Positions 11,701 through 26,000 of a stretch of DNA of 64,000 bases are shown piece after piece. Below the pieces are notes generated by a model. It saw only the letters and a program-made list of their open reading frames with translations. It ran no database searches and had not been told where the DNA came from. The DNA comes from Eledone cirrhosa (taxonomy: Eukaryota), in NCBI GenBank assembly GCA_964016885.1, contig OZ024743.1:132866001-132930000 (forward strand). The letters run 5' to 3'. The position numbers were made by a program, and so were the translations under genes. The first letter of the stretch is position 1; every line of letters begins with the position of its first letter.

Positions 11701-14049
11701 TTTCGTGTTTGGTGTTTGCTGTTTGGTGTCTGCTTTTTGGTGTTTAGTGTTTGCTGTATGGTGTTTGGTGTTTGCTGTTTGGTGTTTGGTCTTTGGTGCT
11801 TGGTGTTTGGTGCTTGGTGCTTGGTGTTTGGTGTTTGGTGCTTGGTGCTTGGTGTTTGGTGTTTGGTGCTTGGTGTTTGGTGTTTGGTGCTTGGTGTCTG
11901 GTGCTTGGTGTTTGGTTTTTGGTGTTTGGTGTTTAGTGTTTGGTGCTTGGTGTTTGGTGTTTGGTGTTTGGTGCTTGGTGCTTGGTGTTTGGTGTTTGGT
12001 GTTTGGTGCTTGGTGTCTGGTGCTTGGTGTTTGGTGTTTGGTGCTTGGTGTTTGGTGTTTGGTGTTTGGTGCTTGGTGTCTGGTGCTTGGTGTTTGGTGT
12101 TTGGTGCTTGGTGTTTGGTGTTTGGTGTTTGGTGCTTGGTGCTTGGTGCTTGGTGTTTGGTGTTTGGTGCTTGGTGCTTGGTGTTTGGTGCTTGGTGCTG
12201 GGTGGTTGGTGTTTGGTGCTTGGTGTTAGGTGCTGGGTGCTTGGTGTTTGGTGCTGGGTGCTTGGTATTTGGTGCTTGGTGCTTGGTCTTTGGTGCTTGG
12301 TGTTTGGTGCTTGGTGCTTGGTGTTTGGTGCTTGGTGCTTGGTGTTTGGTGCTTGGTGCTTGGTGTTTGGTTTTTGGTGCTTGGTGCTTGGTGTTTGGTG
12401 TTTGGTGCTTGCTGCTGGCTGCTTGGTGTTTGATGCATGGTGATTGGTGCTTGCTGTTTGGTGCTTGGTGTTTGGTGTTTGATGCTTGGTGCTTGGTGCT
12501 TGGTGTTTGGTGCTTGGTGCTTGGTGCTTGGTGTTTGGTGCTTGGTGTTTGGTGCTTGGTGTTTGGTGCTTGGTGCTTGGTGCTTGGTGCTTGGTGTTTG
12601 GTGGTTGGTGCTTGGTGCTTGGTGTTAGGTGTTTGGTGCTTGGTGCTTGCTGGTTGGTATTTGGTGCTTGGTGTTTGGTGCTGGGTGCTTGGTTTTTGGT
12701 GCTGGGTGCTTGGTGTTTGGTGCTTGGTGCTTGTTCTTTGGTGCTTTGTGTTTGGTGTTTGGTGCTTGGTGCTTGGTGTTTGGTGTTTGGTGCTTGGTGT
12801 TTGGTGCTTGGTGCTTGGTGTTTGGTTTTTGGTGCTTGGTGTTTGGTGTTTGGTGTTTGGTGCTTGCTGCTGGCTGCTTGGTGTTTGATGCATGGTGATT
12901 TGTGCTTGGTGTTTGGTGCTTGGTGTTTGGTGTTTGATGCTTGGTGCTTGGTGTTTGGTGTTTGATGATTGGTGCTTGGTGCTTGGTGTTTGGTGCTTGG
13001 TGTTTGGTGTTTGGTGCTTGGTCATTGGTGTTTCCACTTGGTGCTTGGTGCTTGGTTCTTGGTGTTTGGTGCTTGGTGCTTGGTGTTTGGTGTTATATGC
13101 TTGGTGTTTGATGCTTGGTGCTTGGTGCTTGGTGTTTGGTGTTTGGTGTTAGATGCTTGGTGCTTGGTGTTTGGTGCTTGGTGCTTGGTGTTTGTACTTG
13201 GTGCTTGGTGCTTGGTGCTTGGTGTTTGGTGCTTGGTATTTGGTGCTTGGTGCTTGGTGCTTGGTCCTTGGTGCTTGGTGTTTGGTGGTTGGTGTTTGGT
13301 GGTTGGTGTTAGGTGTTTGGTGCTTGGTGCTTGGTGTTTGGTGTTTGGTGCTTGGTGTTTGGTGTTAGGTGTTTGGTGTTTGGTGCTTGGTACTTTGTGC
13401 TTGGTGCTTGGTGTTAGGTGTTTGGTGCTTGGTGTTTGGTGCTTGGTGTTTGGTGCTTGGTGCTTGGTGCTTGGTGCTTGGTGTTTGGTGGTTGGTGTTT
13501 GGTGCTTGGTGTTTGGTGCTTGGTGTTACGTGTTTGGTGCTTGGTGCTTGGTGTTTGGTGTTTGGTGCTTGGTGTTTGGTGTTTGGTGCTTGGTGTTTGG
13601 TGCTTTTTGCTTGGTGCTTGGTGCTTGGTGTTTGGTGCTGGGTGCTTGGTGCTTGGTGTTTGGTGTTATATGCTTGGTGTTTGATGCTTGGTGCTTGGTG
13701 CTTGGTGTTTGGTGTTTGGTGCTTGGTGTTTGATGCTTGGTGTTTGGTGCTTGGTGTTTGGTGCTTGGTGCTTGGTGTTTGGTGCTTGGTGCTTGGTGTT
13801 TGGTGCTTGGTGTTTGGTGCTTGGTGTTTGGTGCTTGGTGCTTGGTGCTTGGTGCTTGGTGTTTGGTGTTTGGTGCTTGGTGTTTGGTGCTTGGTACTTG
13901 GTGCTTGGTGCTTGGTGTTAGGTGTTTGGTGCTTGGTGCTTGGTGTCTGGTTTTTGGTGCTTGGTGCTTGGTGTTTGGTGCTTGCTGCTGGCTGCTTGGT
14001 GTTTGGTGCTTGGTGATTGGTGCTTGGTGTTTGGTGTTTGGTGCTAGGT

Positions 14050-17000
14050 GCTTGGTGTTTGGTGCTTGGTGCTTGGTGTTTGTACTTGGTGCTTGGTGCT
14101 TGGTTCTTGGTGTTTGGTGCTTCGTGCTTGGTGTTTGGTGCTTGGTGCTTGGTGTTTGGTGCTTGGTGTTTGGTGCTTGGTGTTTGGTGCTTGGTGCTTG
14201 GTGCTTGGTGTTTGGTGCTTGGTGTTTGGTGCTTGGTGTTAGGTGTTTGGTGCTTGGTGCTTGGTGTTTGGTGTTTGGTGCTTGGTGTTTGGTGTTTGGT
14301 GTTATATGCTTGGTGTTTGATGCTTGGTGCTTGGTGCTTGGTGTTTGGCGCTTGGTGTTTGATGCTTGGTGCTTGGTGCTTGGTGTTTGGTGCTTGGTGC
14401 TTGGTGTTTGTACTTGGTGCTTCGTGCTTGGTTCTTGGTGTTTGGTGCTTGGTGTTTGGTGTTTGGTGCTTGGTGTTTGGTGTTTGGTGTTATATGCTTG
14501 GTGTTTGATGCTTGGTGCTTGGTGCTTGGTGTTTGGTGCTTGGTGTTTGATGCTTGGTGCTTCGTGCTTGGTGTTTGGTGCTTGGTGCTTGGTGTTTGTA
14601 CTTGGTGCTTGGTGCTTGGTTCTTTGTGTTTGGTACTTGGTGCTTGGTGTTTGGTGCTTGGTGCTTGGTGTTTGGTGCTTGGTGTTTGGTGCTTGGTGTT
14701 TGGTGCTTGGTGCTTGGTGCTTAGTGCTTGGTGTTTGGTGCTTGGTGTTAGGTGTTTGGTGCTTGGTGCTTGGTGTTTGGTGTTTGGTGCTTGGTGTTTG
14801 GTGCTTGGTGTTTGGTGTTAGGTGTTTGGTGCTTGGTGTTTGGTGTTTGGTGCTTGGTGTTTGGTGCTTGGTGTTTGGTGCTTGATGTTTGGTGCTTGAT
14901 ACTTGGTGCTTGGTGCTTCGTGTTAGGTGTTTGGTGCTTGGCGCTTGGTGTTTGGTTTTTGGTGCTTGGTGCTTGGTGTTTGGTGTTTGGTGCTTGCTGC
15001 TGGCTGCTTGGTGTTTGATGCTTGGTGATTGGTGCTTGGTGTTTTGTGCTTGGTGTTAGGTGTTTGGTGCTTGGTGCTTGGTGTTTGGTTTTTGGTGCTT
15101 GGTGCTAGGTGCTTGGTGTTTGGTGCTTGGTGCTTGGTGTTTGGTGCTTGGTGTTTGATGCTTGGTGCTTCGTGCTTGGTGTTTGGTGCTTGGTGCTTGG
15201 TGTTTGTACTTGGTGCTTGGTGCTTGGTTCTTTGTGTTTGGTACTTGGTGCTTGGTGCTTGGTGCTTGGTGGTTGGTGTTTAGTGCTTGGTGTTTGGTGC
15301 TGGGTGCTTGGTGTTTGGTGCTTGGTGCTTGGTCTTTGGTGCTTGGTGTTTGGTGTTTGGTGCTTGGTGCTTGGTGCTTGGTGTTTGGTGCTTGGTGCTT
15401 AGTGTTTGGTGCTTGGTGCTTAGTGTTTGGTGTTTGGTGCTTGGTGCTTGGTGTTTGGTGCTTAGTGTTTGGTGCTTGGTGCTTGGTGTTTGGTGTTTGC
15501 TGTTTGCTGTTTGGTGTTTGTTGTTTGGTGTTTGTTGTTTGGTGTTTGCTGTTTGGTGTTTGGTGTTTGCTTTTTGGTGTTTGGTGTTTGCTGTATGTTG
15601 TTTGGTGTTTGGTGTTTGGTGTTTGGTGTTTGGTGCTTGTTGCTTGGTGTTTGGTGCTTGGTGCTTGGTGTTTGGAGCCTGGTGCTTGGTGCTTGGTGCT
15701 TGGTGTTTGGTGTTTGGTGCTTGGTGCTTGGAGTTTGGTGTTTGGTGCTTGGTGCTTGCTGCTGGCTGCTTGGTGCTTGGTGTTTGGTGCCTGGTGCTTG
15801 GTGCTTGGTGCTTGGTGTTTGGTGTTTGGTGCTTGGTGCTTGGAGTTTGGTGTTTGGTGCTTGGTGCTTGGTATTTCGTGTTTCGTGTTTGGTTGTTGGT
15901 GCTTGGTGCTTGGTGCTTGGTCCTTGGTGTTTGGTGCTGGGTACTTGGTGTTTGGTGCTTGGTGCTTGGTCTTTGGTGCTTTGTGTTTGGTGCTTGGTGC
16001 TTGGTGTTTGGTGCTTGGTGCTTGATGTTTGGTGCTTGGTGCTTGGTGTTTGGTTTTTGGTGCTTGGTGTTTGGTGTTTGGTGTTTGGTGCTTGCTGCTG
16101 GCTGCTTGGTGTTTGATGCATGGTGATTTGTGCTTGGTGTTTGGTGCTTGGTGTTTGGTGTTTGATGCTTGGTGCTTGGTGTTTGGTGTTTGATGCTTGG
16201 TGCTTGGTGCTTGGTGCTTGGTGCTTGGTGTTTGGTGCTTGGTGTTTGGTGTTTGGTGCTTGGTGATTGGTGTTTCTACTTGGTGCTTGGTGCTTGGTTC
16301 TTGGTATTTGGTGCTTGGTGCTTGGTGTTTGGTGTTATATGCTTGGTGTTTGATGCTTGGTGCTTGGTGCTTGGTGTTTGGTGTTTGGTGTTTGATGCTT
16401 GGTGCTTGGTGTTTGGTGCTTGGTGCTTGGTGTTTGTACTTGGTGCTTGGTGCTTGGTGCTTGGTGTTTGGTGCTTGGTATTTGGTGCTTGGTGCTTGGT
16501 GCTTGGTCCTTGGTGCTTGGTGTTTGGTCGTTGGTGTTTGGTGGTTGGTGTTAGGTGTTTGGTGCTTGGTGCTTGGTGTTTGGTGTTTGGTGCTTGGTGT
16601 TTGGTGTTTGGTGCTTGGTGTTTGGTGCTTGGTACTTGGTGCTTGGTGCTTGGTGTTAGGTGTTTGGTGCTTGGTGTTTGGTGCTTGGTGTTTGGTGCTT
16701 GGTGCTTGGTGCTTGGTGCTTGGTGTTTGGTGGTTGGTGTTTGGTGCTTGGTGTTTGGTGCTTGGTGTTACGTGTTTGGTGCTTGGTGCTTGGTGTTTGG
16801 TGTTTGGTGCTTGGTGTTTGGTGTTTGGTGCTTGGTGTTTGGTGCTTTTTGCTTGGTGCTTGGTGCTTGGTGTTTGGTGCTGGGTGCTTGGTGCTTGGTG
16901 TTTGGTGTTATATGCTTGGTGTTTGATGCTTGGTGCTTGGTGCTTGGTGTTTGGTGTTTGGTGCTTGGTGTTTGATGCTTGGTGCTTGGTGCTTGGTGTT

Positions 17001-20000
17001 TGGTGTTTGGTGCTGGGTGTTTGGTGCATGGTGCTTGGTGTTTGGTGCTTGGTGTTTGGTGCTTGGTGTTTGGTGCTTGGTGCTTGGTGCTTGGTGCTTG
17101 GTGTTTGGTGTTTGGTGTTTGGTGCTTGGTGTTTGGTGCTTGGTACTTGGTGCTTGGTGCTTGGTGTTAGGTGTTTGGTACTTGGTGCTTGGTGTCTGGT
17201 TTTTGGTGCTTGGTGCTTGGTGTTTGGTGCTTGCTGCTGGCTGCTTGGTGTTTGGTGCTTGGTGATTGGTGCTTGGTGTTTGGTGTTTGGTGCTAGGTGC
17301 TTGGTGTTTGGTGCTTGGTGCTTGGTGTTTGGTGCTTGGTGCTTGGTGTTTGGTGCTTGGTGTTTGGTGCTTGGTGTTTGGTGCTTGGTGCTTGGTGCTT
17401 GGTGTTTGGTGCTTGGTGTTTGGTGCTTGGTGTTAGGTGTTTGGTGCTTGGTGCTTGGTGTTTGGTGTTTGGTGCTTGGTGTTTGGTGTTTGGTGTTATA
17501 TGCTTGGTGTTTGATGCTTGGTGCTTGGTGCTTGGTGTTTGGTGCTTGGTGTTTGATGCTTGGTGCTTGGTGCTTGGTGTTTGGTGTTTGGTGCTTGGTG
17601 TTTGTACTTGGTGCTTGGTGCTTGGTTCTTGGTGTTTGGTTCTTGGTGTTTGGTGTTTGGTGCTTGGTGTTTGGTGCTTGGTGCTTGGTGTTTGGTGCTT
17701 GGTGCTTGGTGTTTGGTGCTTGGTGTTTGGTGCTTGGTGTTTGGTGCTTGGTGCTTGGTGCTTAGTGCTTGGTGTTTGGTGCTTGGTGTTAGGTGTTTGG
17801 TGCTTGGTGCTTGGTGTTTGGTGTTTGGTGCTTGGTGTTTGGTGCTTGGTGTTTGGTGTTAGGTTTTTGGTGCTTGGTGTTTGGTGTTTGGTTCTTGGTG
17901 TTTGGTGCTTGGTGTTTGGTGCTTGGTGTTTGGTGCTTGGTACTTGGTGCTTGGTGCTTCGTGTTAGGTGTTTGGTGCTTGGTGCTTGGTGTTTGGTTTT
18001 TGGTGCTTGGTGCTTGGTGTTTGGTGTTTGGTGCTTGCTGCTGGCTGCTTGGTGTTTGATGCTTGGTGATTGGTGCTTGGTGTTTTGTGCTTGGTGTTTG
18101 GTGTTTGGTGCTAGGTGCTTGGTGTTTGGTGCTTGGTGCTTGGTGCTTGGTGTTTGGTGTTTGGTTTTAGGTGCTTGGTGCTTGGTGTTTGGTGCTTGGT
18201 GCTGGGTGGTTGGTGTTTAGTGCTTGGTGTTTGGTGCTGGGTGCTTGGTGTTTGGTGCTTGGTGCTTGGTCTTTGGTGCTTGGTGTTTGGTGTTTGGTGC
18301 TTGGTGCTTGGTGCTTGGTGTTTGGTGCTTGGTGCTTGGTGTTTGGTGCTTGGTGCTTAGTGTTTGGTGCTTGGTGCTTAGTGTTTGGTGTTTGGTGCTT
18401 GGTGCTTGGTGTTTGGTGCTTACTGTTTGGTGCTTGGTGCTTGGTGTTTCGTGTTTAGTGTTTGGTTTTTGGTGCTTGGTGCTTGGTGCTTGGTCCTTGG
18501 TGTTTGGTGCTGGGTGCATTGTTTTTGGTGCTTGGTGCTTGGTGCTTGGTGTTTGGTGTTTGCTGCTTGGTGTTTGATGCTTGGTGCTTGGTGGTTGGTG
18601 TTTTGTGTTTGGTGCTTGGTGCTTGGTGTTTGGTGCTTGGTGCTTGGTGCTTGGTGTTTGTACTTGGTGCTTGGTGATTGGTGTTTGGTTCTTGGTTCTT
18701 GGTGTTTGGTGTTTGGCGTTTGGTGTTTGGTGCTTGGTGCTTGGTGTTTGGTGCTTGGTGCTTGGTGTTTGGTGCCTGGTGCTTGGTGCTTGGTGCTTGG
18801 TGTTTGGTGTTTGGTGCTTGGTGCTTGGTGCTTGGAGTTTGGTGTTTGGTGCTTGGTGCTTTGTGTTTTGTGTTTGGTGTTTGGTTTTTGGTGCTTGGTG
18901 CTTGGTCCTTGGTGTTTGGTGCTGGGTGCTTTGTGTTTTGTGCTTGGTGCTTGGTGTTTGGTGTTTGCTGCTTGGTGTTTGATGCTTGGTGCTTGGTGCT
19001 TGGTGTTTTGTTTTTGGTGCTTGGTTCTTGGTGTTTGGTGCTTGGTGCTTGGTACTTGGTGTTTGTACTTGGTGCTTGGTGCTTGGTGTTTGGTTCTTGG
19101 TTCTTGGTGTTTGGTACTTGGTGCTTGGTGCTTGATGTTTGGTGTTTGGTGCTTGGTGTTTGGTGCTTGGTACTTGGTGCTTGGTGCTTGGTGTTAGGTG
19201 TTTGGTGCTTGGTGCTTGGTGTTTGGTTTTTGGTGCTTGGTGCTTGGTGTTTGGTGTTTGGTCCTTGCTGCTGGCTGCTTGGTGTTTGATGCTTGGTGAT
19301 TGGTGCTTGGTGTTTTGTGCTTGGTGTTTGGTGTTTGGTGCTAGGTGCTTGGTGTTTGGTGCTTGGTGCTTGGTGCTTGGTGTTTGGTGTTTGGTGTTAG
19401 GTGCTTGATGCTTGGTGTTTGGTGCTTGGTGCTGGGTGGTTGGTGTTTAGTGCTTGGTGTTTGGTGCTGGGTGCTTGGTGTTTGGTGCTTGGTGCTTGGT
19501 CTTTGTTGCTTGGTGTTTGGTGTTTGGTGCTTGGTGCTTGGTGCTTGGTGTTTGGTGCTTGGTGCTTGGTGTTTGGTGCTTGGTGCTTAGTGTTTGGTGC
19601 TTGGTGCTTAGTGTTTGGTGCTAGGTGCTTGGTGTTTGGTGCTTGGTGCTTGGTGTGTGGTGCCTGGTGCTTGGTGTTTGGTGTTTGGTGTTTGGTGCTT
19701 GGTGCTTGGTGTTTGGTGTTTGCTGTTTGCTGTTTGGTGTTTGTTGTTTGGTGTTTGTTGTTTGGTGTTTGCTGTTTGGTGTTTGGTGTTTGCTTTTTGG
19801 TGTTTGGTGTTTGCTGTATGTTGTTTGCTGTTTGGTGTTTGGTGTTTGGTGTTTGGTGCTTGGTGCTTGCTGCTGGCTGCTTGGTGTTTGATGCATGGTG
19901 ATTTGTGCTTGGTGTTTGGTGCTTGGTGCTTGGTGCTTGGTGTTTGGTGCTTGGTGTTTGGTGTTTGGTGCTTGGTTATTGGTGTTTCTACTTGGTGCTT

Positions 20001-23000
20001 GGTGCTTGGTTCTTGGTATTTGGTGCTTGGTGCTTGGTGTTTGGTGTTATATGCTTGGTGTTTGATGCTTGGTGCTTGGTGCTTGGTGTTTGGTGTTTGG
20101 TGTTTGATGCTTGGTGCTTGGTGTTTGGTGCTTGGTGCTTGGTGTTTGTACTTGGTGCTTGGTGCTTGGTGTTAGGTGTTTGGTGCTTGGTGTTTGGTGC
20201 TTGGTGTTTGGTGCTTGGTGCTTGGTGCTTGGTGTTTGGTGGTTGGTGTTTGGTGCTTGGTGTTTGGTGCTTGGTGTTACGTGTTTGGTGCTTGGTGCTT
20301 GGTGTTTGGTGTTTGGTGCTTGGTGTTTGGTGTTTGGTGCTTGGTGTTTGGTGCTTGCTGCTGGCTGCTTGGTGTTTGGTGCTTGGTGATTGGTGCTTGG
20401 TGTTTGGTGTTTGGTGCTAGATGCTTGGTGTTTGGTGCTTGGTGCTTGGTGTTTGGTGCTTGGTGCTTGGTGTTTGGTGCTTGGTGTTTGGTGCTTGGTG
20501 TTTGGTGCTTGGTGCTTGGTGCTTGGTGTTTGGTGCTTGGTGTTTGGTGCTTGGTGTTAGGTGTTTGGTGCTTGGTGCTTGGTGTTTGGTGTTTGGTGCT
20601 TGGTGTTTGGTGTTTGGTGTTATATGCTTGGTGTTTGATGCTTGGTGCTTGGTGCTTGGTGTTTGGTGCTTGGTGTTTGATGCTTGGTGCTTGGTGCTTG
20701 GTGTTTGGTGCTTGGTGCTTGGTGTTTGTACTTGGTGCTTGGTGCTTGGTTCTTGGTGTTTGGTTCTTGGTGTTTGGTGTTTGGTGCTTGGTGTTTGGTG
20801 TTTGGTGTTATATGCTTGGTGTTTGATGCTTGGTGCTTGGTGCTTGGTGTTTGGTGCTTGGTGTTTGATGCTTGGTGCTTGGTGCTTGGTGTTTGGTGCT
20901 TGGTGCTTGGTGTTTGTACTTGGTGCCTGGTGTTTGGTGCTTGGTGCTTGGTGTTTGGTGCTTGGTGTTTGGTGCTTGGTGTTTGGTGCTTGGTGCTTGG
21001 TGCTTAGTGCTTGGTGTTTGGTGCTTGGTGTTAGGTGTTTGGTGCTTGGTGCTTGGTGTTTGGTGTTTGGTGCTTGGTGTTTGGTGCTTGGTGTTTGGTG
21101 TTAGGTGTTTGGTGCTTGGTGTTTGGTGTTTGGTGCTTGGTGTTTGGTGCTTGGTGTTTGGTGCTTGATGTTTGGTGCTTGATACTTGGTGCTTGGTGCT
21201 TCGTGTTAGGTGTTTGGTGCTTGGTGCTTGGTGTTTGGTTTTTGGTGCTTGGTGCTTGGTGTTTGGTGTTTGGTGCTTGCTGCTGGCTGCTTGGTGTTTG
21301 ATGCTTGGTGATTGGTGCTTGGTGTTTTGTGCTTGGTGTTAGGTGTTTGGTGCTTGGTGCTTGGTGTTTGGTTTTTGGTGCTTGGTGCTAGGTGCTTGGT
21401 GTTTGGTGCTTGGTGCTTGGTGTTTGGTGTTTGGTTTTAGGTGCTTGGTGCTTGGTGTTTGGTGCTTGGTGCTGGGTGGTTGGTGTTTAGTGCTTGGTGT
21501 TTGGTGCTGGGTGCTTGGTGTTTGGTGCTTGGTGCTTGGTCTTTGGTGCTTGGTGTTTGGTGTTTGGTGCTTGGTGCTTGGTGCTTGGTGTTTGGTGCTT
21601 GGTGCTTGGTGTTTGGTGCTTGGTGCTTAGTGTTTGGTGCTTGGTGCTTAGTGTTTGGTGTTTGGTGCTTGGTGCTTGGTGTTTGGTGCTTAGTGTTTGG
21701 TGCTTGGTGCTTGGTGTTTGGTGTTTGCTGTTTGCTGTTTGGTGTTTGTTGTTTGGTGTTTGTTGTTTGGTGTTTGCTGTTTGGTGTTTGGTGTTTGCTT
21801 TTTGGTGTTTGGTGTTTGCTGTATGTTGTTTGGTGTTTGGTGTTTGGTGTTTGGTGTTTGGTGCTTGTTGCTTGGTGTTTGGTGCTTGGTGCTTGGTGTT
21901 TGGAGCCTGGTGCTTGGTGCTTGGTGCTTGGTGTTTGGTGTTTGGTGCTTGGTGCTTGGAGTTTGGTGTTTGGTGCTTGGTGCTTGCTGCTGGCTGCTTG
22001 GTGCTTGGTGTTTGGTGCCTGGTGCTTGGTGCTTGGTGCTTGGTGTTTGGTGTTTGGTGCTTGGTGCTTGGAGTTTGGTGTTTGGTGCTTGGTGCTTGGT
22101 ATTTCGTGTTTCGTGTTTGGTTGTTGGTGCTTGGTGCTTGGTGCTTGGTCCTTGGTGTTTGGTGCTGGGTGCTTGGTGTTTGGTGCTTGGTGCTTGGTCT
22201 TTGGTGCTTTGTGTTTGGTGCTTGGTGCTTGGTGTTTGGTGCTTGGTGCTTGATGTTTGGTGCTTGGTGCTTGGTGTTTGGTTTTTGGTGCTTGGTGTTT
22301 GGTGTTTGGTGTTTGGTGCTTGCTGCTGGCTGCTTGGTGTTTGATGCATGGTGATTTGTGCTTGGTGTTTGGTGCTTGGTGTTTGGTGTTTGATGCTTGG
22401 TGCTTGGTGTTTGGTGTTTGATGCTTGGTGCTTGGTGCTTGGTGCTTGGTGCTTGGTGTTTGGTGCTTGGTGTTTGGTGTTTGGTGCTTGGTGATTGGTG
22501 TTTCTACTTGGTGCTTGGTGCTTGGTTCTTGGTATTTGGTGCTTGGTGCTTGGTGTTTGGTGTTATATGCTTGGTGTTTGATGCTTGGTGCTTGGTGCTT
22601 GGTGTTTGGTGTTTGGTGTTTGATGCTTGGTGCTTGGTGTTTGGTGCTTGGTGCTTGGTGTTTGTACTTGGTGCTTGGTGCTTGGTGCTTGGTGTTTGGT
22701 GCTTGGTATTTGGTGCTTGGTGCTTGGTGCTTGGTCCTTGGTGCTTGGTGTTTGGTGGTTGGTGTTTGGTGGTTGGTGTTAGGTGTTTGGTGCTTGGTGC
22801 TTGGTGTTTGGTGTTTGGTGCTTGGTGTTTGGTGTTTGGTGCTTGGTGTTTGGTGCTTGGTACTTGGTGCTTGGTGCTTGGTGTTAGGTGTTTGGTGCTT
22901 GGTGTTTGGTGCTTGGTGTTTGGTGCTTGGTGCTTGGTGCTTGGTGCTTGGTGTTTGGTGGTTGGTGTTTGGTGCTTGGTGTTTGGTGCTTGGTGTTACG

Positions 23001-26000
23001 TGTTTGGTGCTTGGTGCTTGGTGTTTGGTGTTTGGTGCTTGGTGTTTGGTGTTTGGTGCTTGGTGTTTGGTGCTTTTTGCTTGGTGCTTGGTGCTTGGTG
23101 TTTGGTGCTGGGTGCTTGGTGCTTGGTGTTTGGTGTTATATGCTTGGTGTTTGATGCTTGGTGCTTGGTGCTTGGTGTTTGGTGTTTGGTGCTTGGTGTT
23201 TGATGCTTGGTGCTTGGTGCTTGGTGTTTGGTGTTTGGTGCTGGGTGTTTGGTGCATGGTGCTTGGTGTTTGGTGCTTGGTGTTTGGTGCTTGGTGTTTG
23301 GTGCTTGGTGCTTGGTGCTTGGTGCTTGGTGTTTGGTGTTTGGTGTTTGGTGCTTGGTGTTTGGTGCTTGGTACTTGGTGCTTGGTGCTTGGTGTTAGGT
23401 GTTTGGTACTTGGTGCTTGGTGTCTGGTTTTTGGTGCTTGGTGCTTGGTGTTTGGTGCTTGCTGCTGGCTGCTTGGTGTTTGGTGCTTGGTGATTGGTGC
23501 TTGGTGTTTGGTGTTTGGTGCTAGGTGCTTGGTGTTTGGTGCTTGGTGCTTGGTGTTTGGTGCTTGGTGCTTGGTGTTTGGTGCTTGGTGTTTGGTGCTT
23601 GGTGTTTGGTGCTTGGTGCTTGGTGCTTGGTGTTTGGTGCTTGGTGTTTGGTGCTTGGTGTTAGGTGTTTGGTGCTTGGTGCTTGGTGTTTGGTGTTTGG
23701 TGCTTGGTGTTTGGTGTTTGGTGTTATATGCTTGGTGTTTGATGCTTGGTGCTTGGTGCTTGGTGTTTGGTGCTTGGTGTTTGATGCTTGGTGCTTGGTG
23801 CTTGGTGTTTGGTGTTTGGTGCTTGGTGTTTGTACTTGGTGCTTGGTGCTTGGTTCTTGGTGTTTGGTTCTTGGTGTTTGGTGTTTGGTGCTTGGTGTTT
23901 GGTGTTTGGTGTTATATGCTTGGTGTTTGATGCTTGGTGCTTGGTGCTTGGTGTTTGGTGCTTGGTGTTTGATGCTTGGTGCTTGGTGCTTGGTGTTTGG
24001 TGCTTGGTGCTTGGTGTTTGTACTTGGTGCTTGGTGCTTGGTTCTTGGTGTTTGGTGCTTGGTGCTTGGTGTTTGGTGCTTGGTGCTTGGTGTTTGGTGC
24101 TTGGTGTTTGGTGCTTGGTGTTTGGTGCTTGGTGCTTGGTGCTTAGTGCTTGGTGTTTGGTGCTTGGTGTTAGGTGTTTGGTGCTTGGTGCTTGGTGTTT
24201 GGTGTTTGGTGCTTGGTGTTTGGTGCTTGGTGTTTGGTGTTAGGTGTTTGGTGCTTGGTGTTTGGTGTTTGGTTCTTGGTGTTTGGTGCTTGGTGTTTGG
24301 TGCTTGGTGTTTGGTGCTTGGTACTTGGTGCTTGGTGCTTCGTGTTAGGTGTTTGGTGCTTGGTGCTTGGTGTTTGGTTTTTGGTGCTTGGTGCTTGGTG
24401 TTTGGTGTTTGGTGCTTGCTGCTGGCTGCTTGGTGTTTGATGCTTGGTGATTGGTGCTTGGTGTTTTGTGCTTGGTGTTTGGTGTTTGGTGCTAGGTGCT
24501 TGGTGTTTGGTGCTTGGTGCTTGGTGCTTGGTGTTTGGTGTTTGGTTTTAGGTGCTTGGTGCTTGGTGTTTGGTGCTTGGTGCTGGGTGGTTGGTGTTTA
24601 GTGCTTGGTGTTTGGTGCTGGGTGCTTGGTGTTTGGTGCTTGGTGCTTGGTCTTTGGTGCTTGGTGTTTGGTGTTTGGTGCTTGGTGCTTGGTGCTTGGT
24701 GTTTGGTGCTTGGTGCTTGGTGTTTGGTGCTTGGTGCTTAGTGTTTGGTGCTTGGTGCTTAGTGTTTGGTGTTTGGTGCTTGGTGCTTGGTGTTTGGTGC
24801 TTACTGTTTGGTGCTTGGTGCTTGGTGTTTCGTGTTTAGTGTTTGGTTTTTGGTGCTTGGTGCTTGGTGCTTGGTCCTTGGTGTTTGGTGCTGGGTGCAT
24901 TGTTTTTGGTGCTTGGTGCTTGGTGCTTGGTGTTTGGTGTTTGCTGCTTGGTGTTTGATGCTTGGTGCTTGGTGGTTGGTGTTTTGTGTTTGGTGCTTGG
25001 TGCTTGGTGTTTGGTGCTTGGTGCTTGGTGCTTGGTGTTTGTACTTGGTGCTTGGTGATTGGTGTTTGGTTCTTGGTTCTTGGTGTTTGGTGTTTGGCGT
25101 TTGGTGTTTGGTGCTTGGTGCTTGGTGTTTGGTGCTTGGTGCTTGGTGTTTGGTGCCTGGTGCTTGGTGCTTGGTGCTTGGTGTTTGGTGTTTGGTGCTT
25201 GGTGCTTGGTGCTTGGAGTTTGGTGTTTGGTGCTTGGTGCTTTGTGTTTTGTGTTTGGTGTTTGGTTTTTGGTGCTTGGTGCTTGGTCCTTGGTGTTTGG
25301 TGCTGGGTGCTTTGTGTTTTGTGCTTGGTGCTTGGTGTTTGGTGTTTGCTGCTTGGTGTTTGATGCTTGGTGCTTGGTGCTTGGTGTTTTGTTTTTGGTG
25401 CTTGGTTCTTGGTGTTTGGTGCTTGGTGCTTGGTACTTGGTGTTTGTACTTGGTGCTTGGTGCTTGGTGTTTGGTTCTTGGTTCTTGGTGTTTGGTACTT
25501 GGTGCTTGGTGCTTGATGTTTGGTGTTTGGTGCTTGGTGTTTGGTGCTTGGTACTTGGTGCTTGGTGCTTGGTGTTAGGTGTTTGGTGCTTGGTGCTTGG
25601 TGTTTGGTTTTTGGTGCTTGGTGCTTGGTGTTTGGTGTTTGGTCCTTGCTGCTGGCTGCTTGGTGTTTGATGCTTGGTGATTGGTGCTTGGTGTTTTGTG
25701 CTTGGTGTTTGGTGTTTGGTGCTAGGTGCTTGGTGTTTGGTGCTTGGTGCTTGGTGCTTGGTGTTTGGTGTTTGGTGTTAGGTGCTTGATGCTTGGTGTT
25801 TGGTGCTTGGTGCTGGGTGGTTGGTGTTTAGTGCTTGGTGTTTGGTGCTGGGTGCTTGGTGTTTGGTGCTTGGTGCTTGGTCTTTGTTGCTTGGTGTTTG
25901 GTGTTTGGTGCTTCGTGCTTGGTGCTTGGTGTTTGGTGCTTGGTGCTTGGTGTTTGGTGCTTGGTGCTTAGTGTTTGGTGCTTGGTGCTTAGTGTTTGGT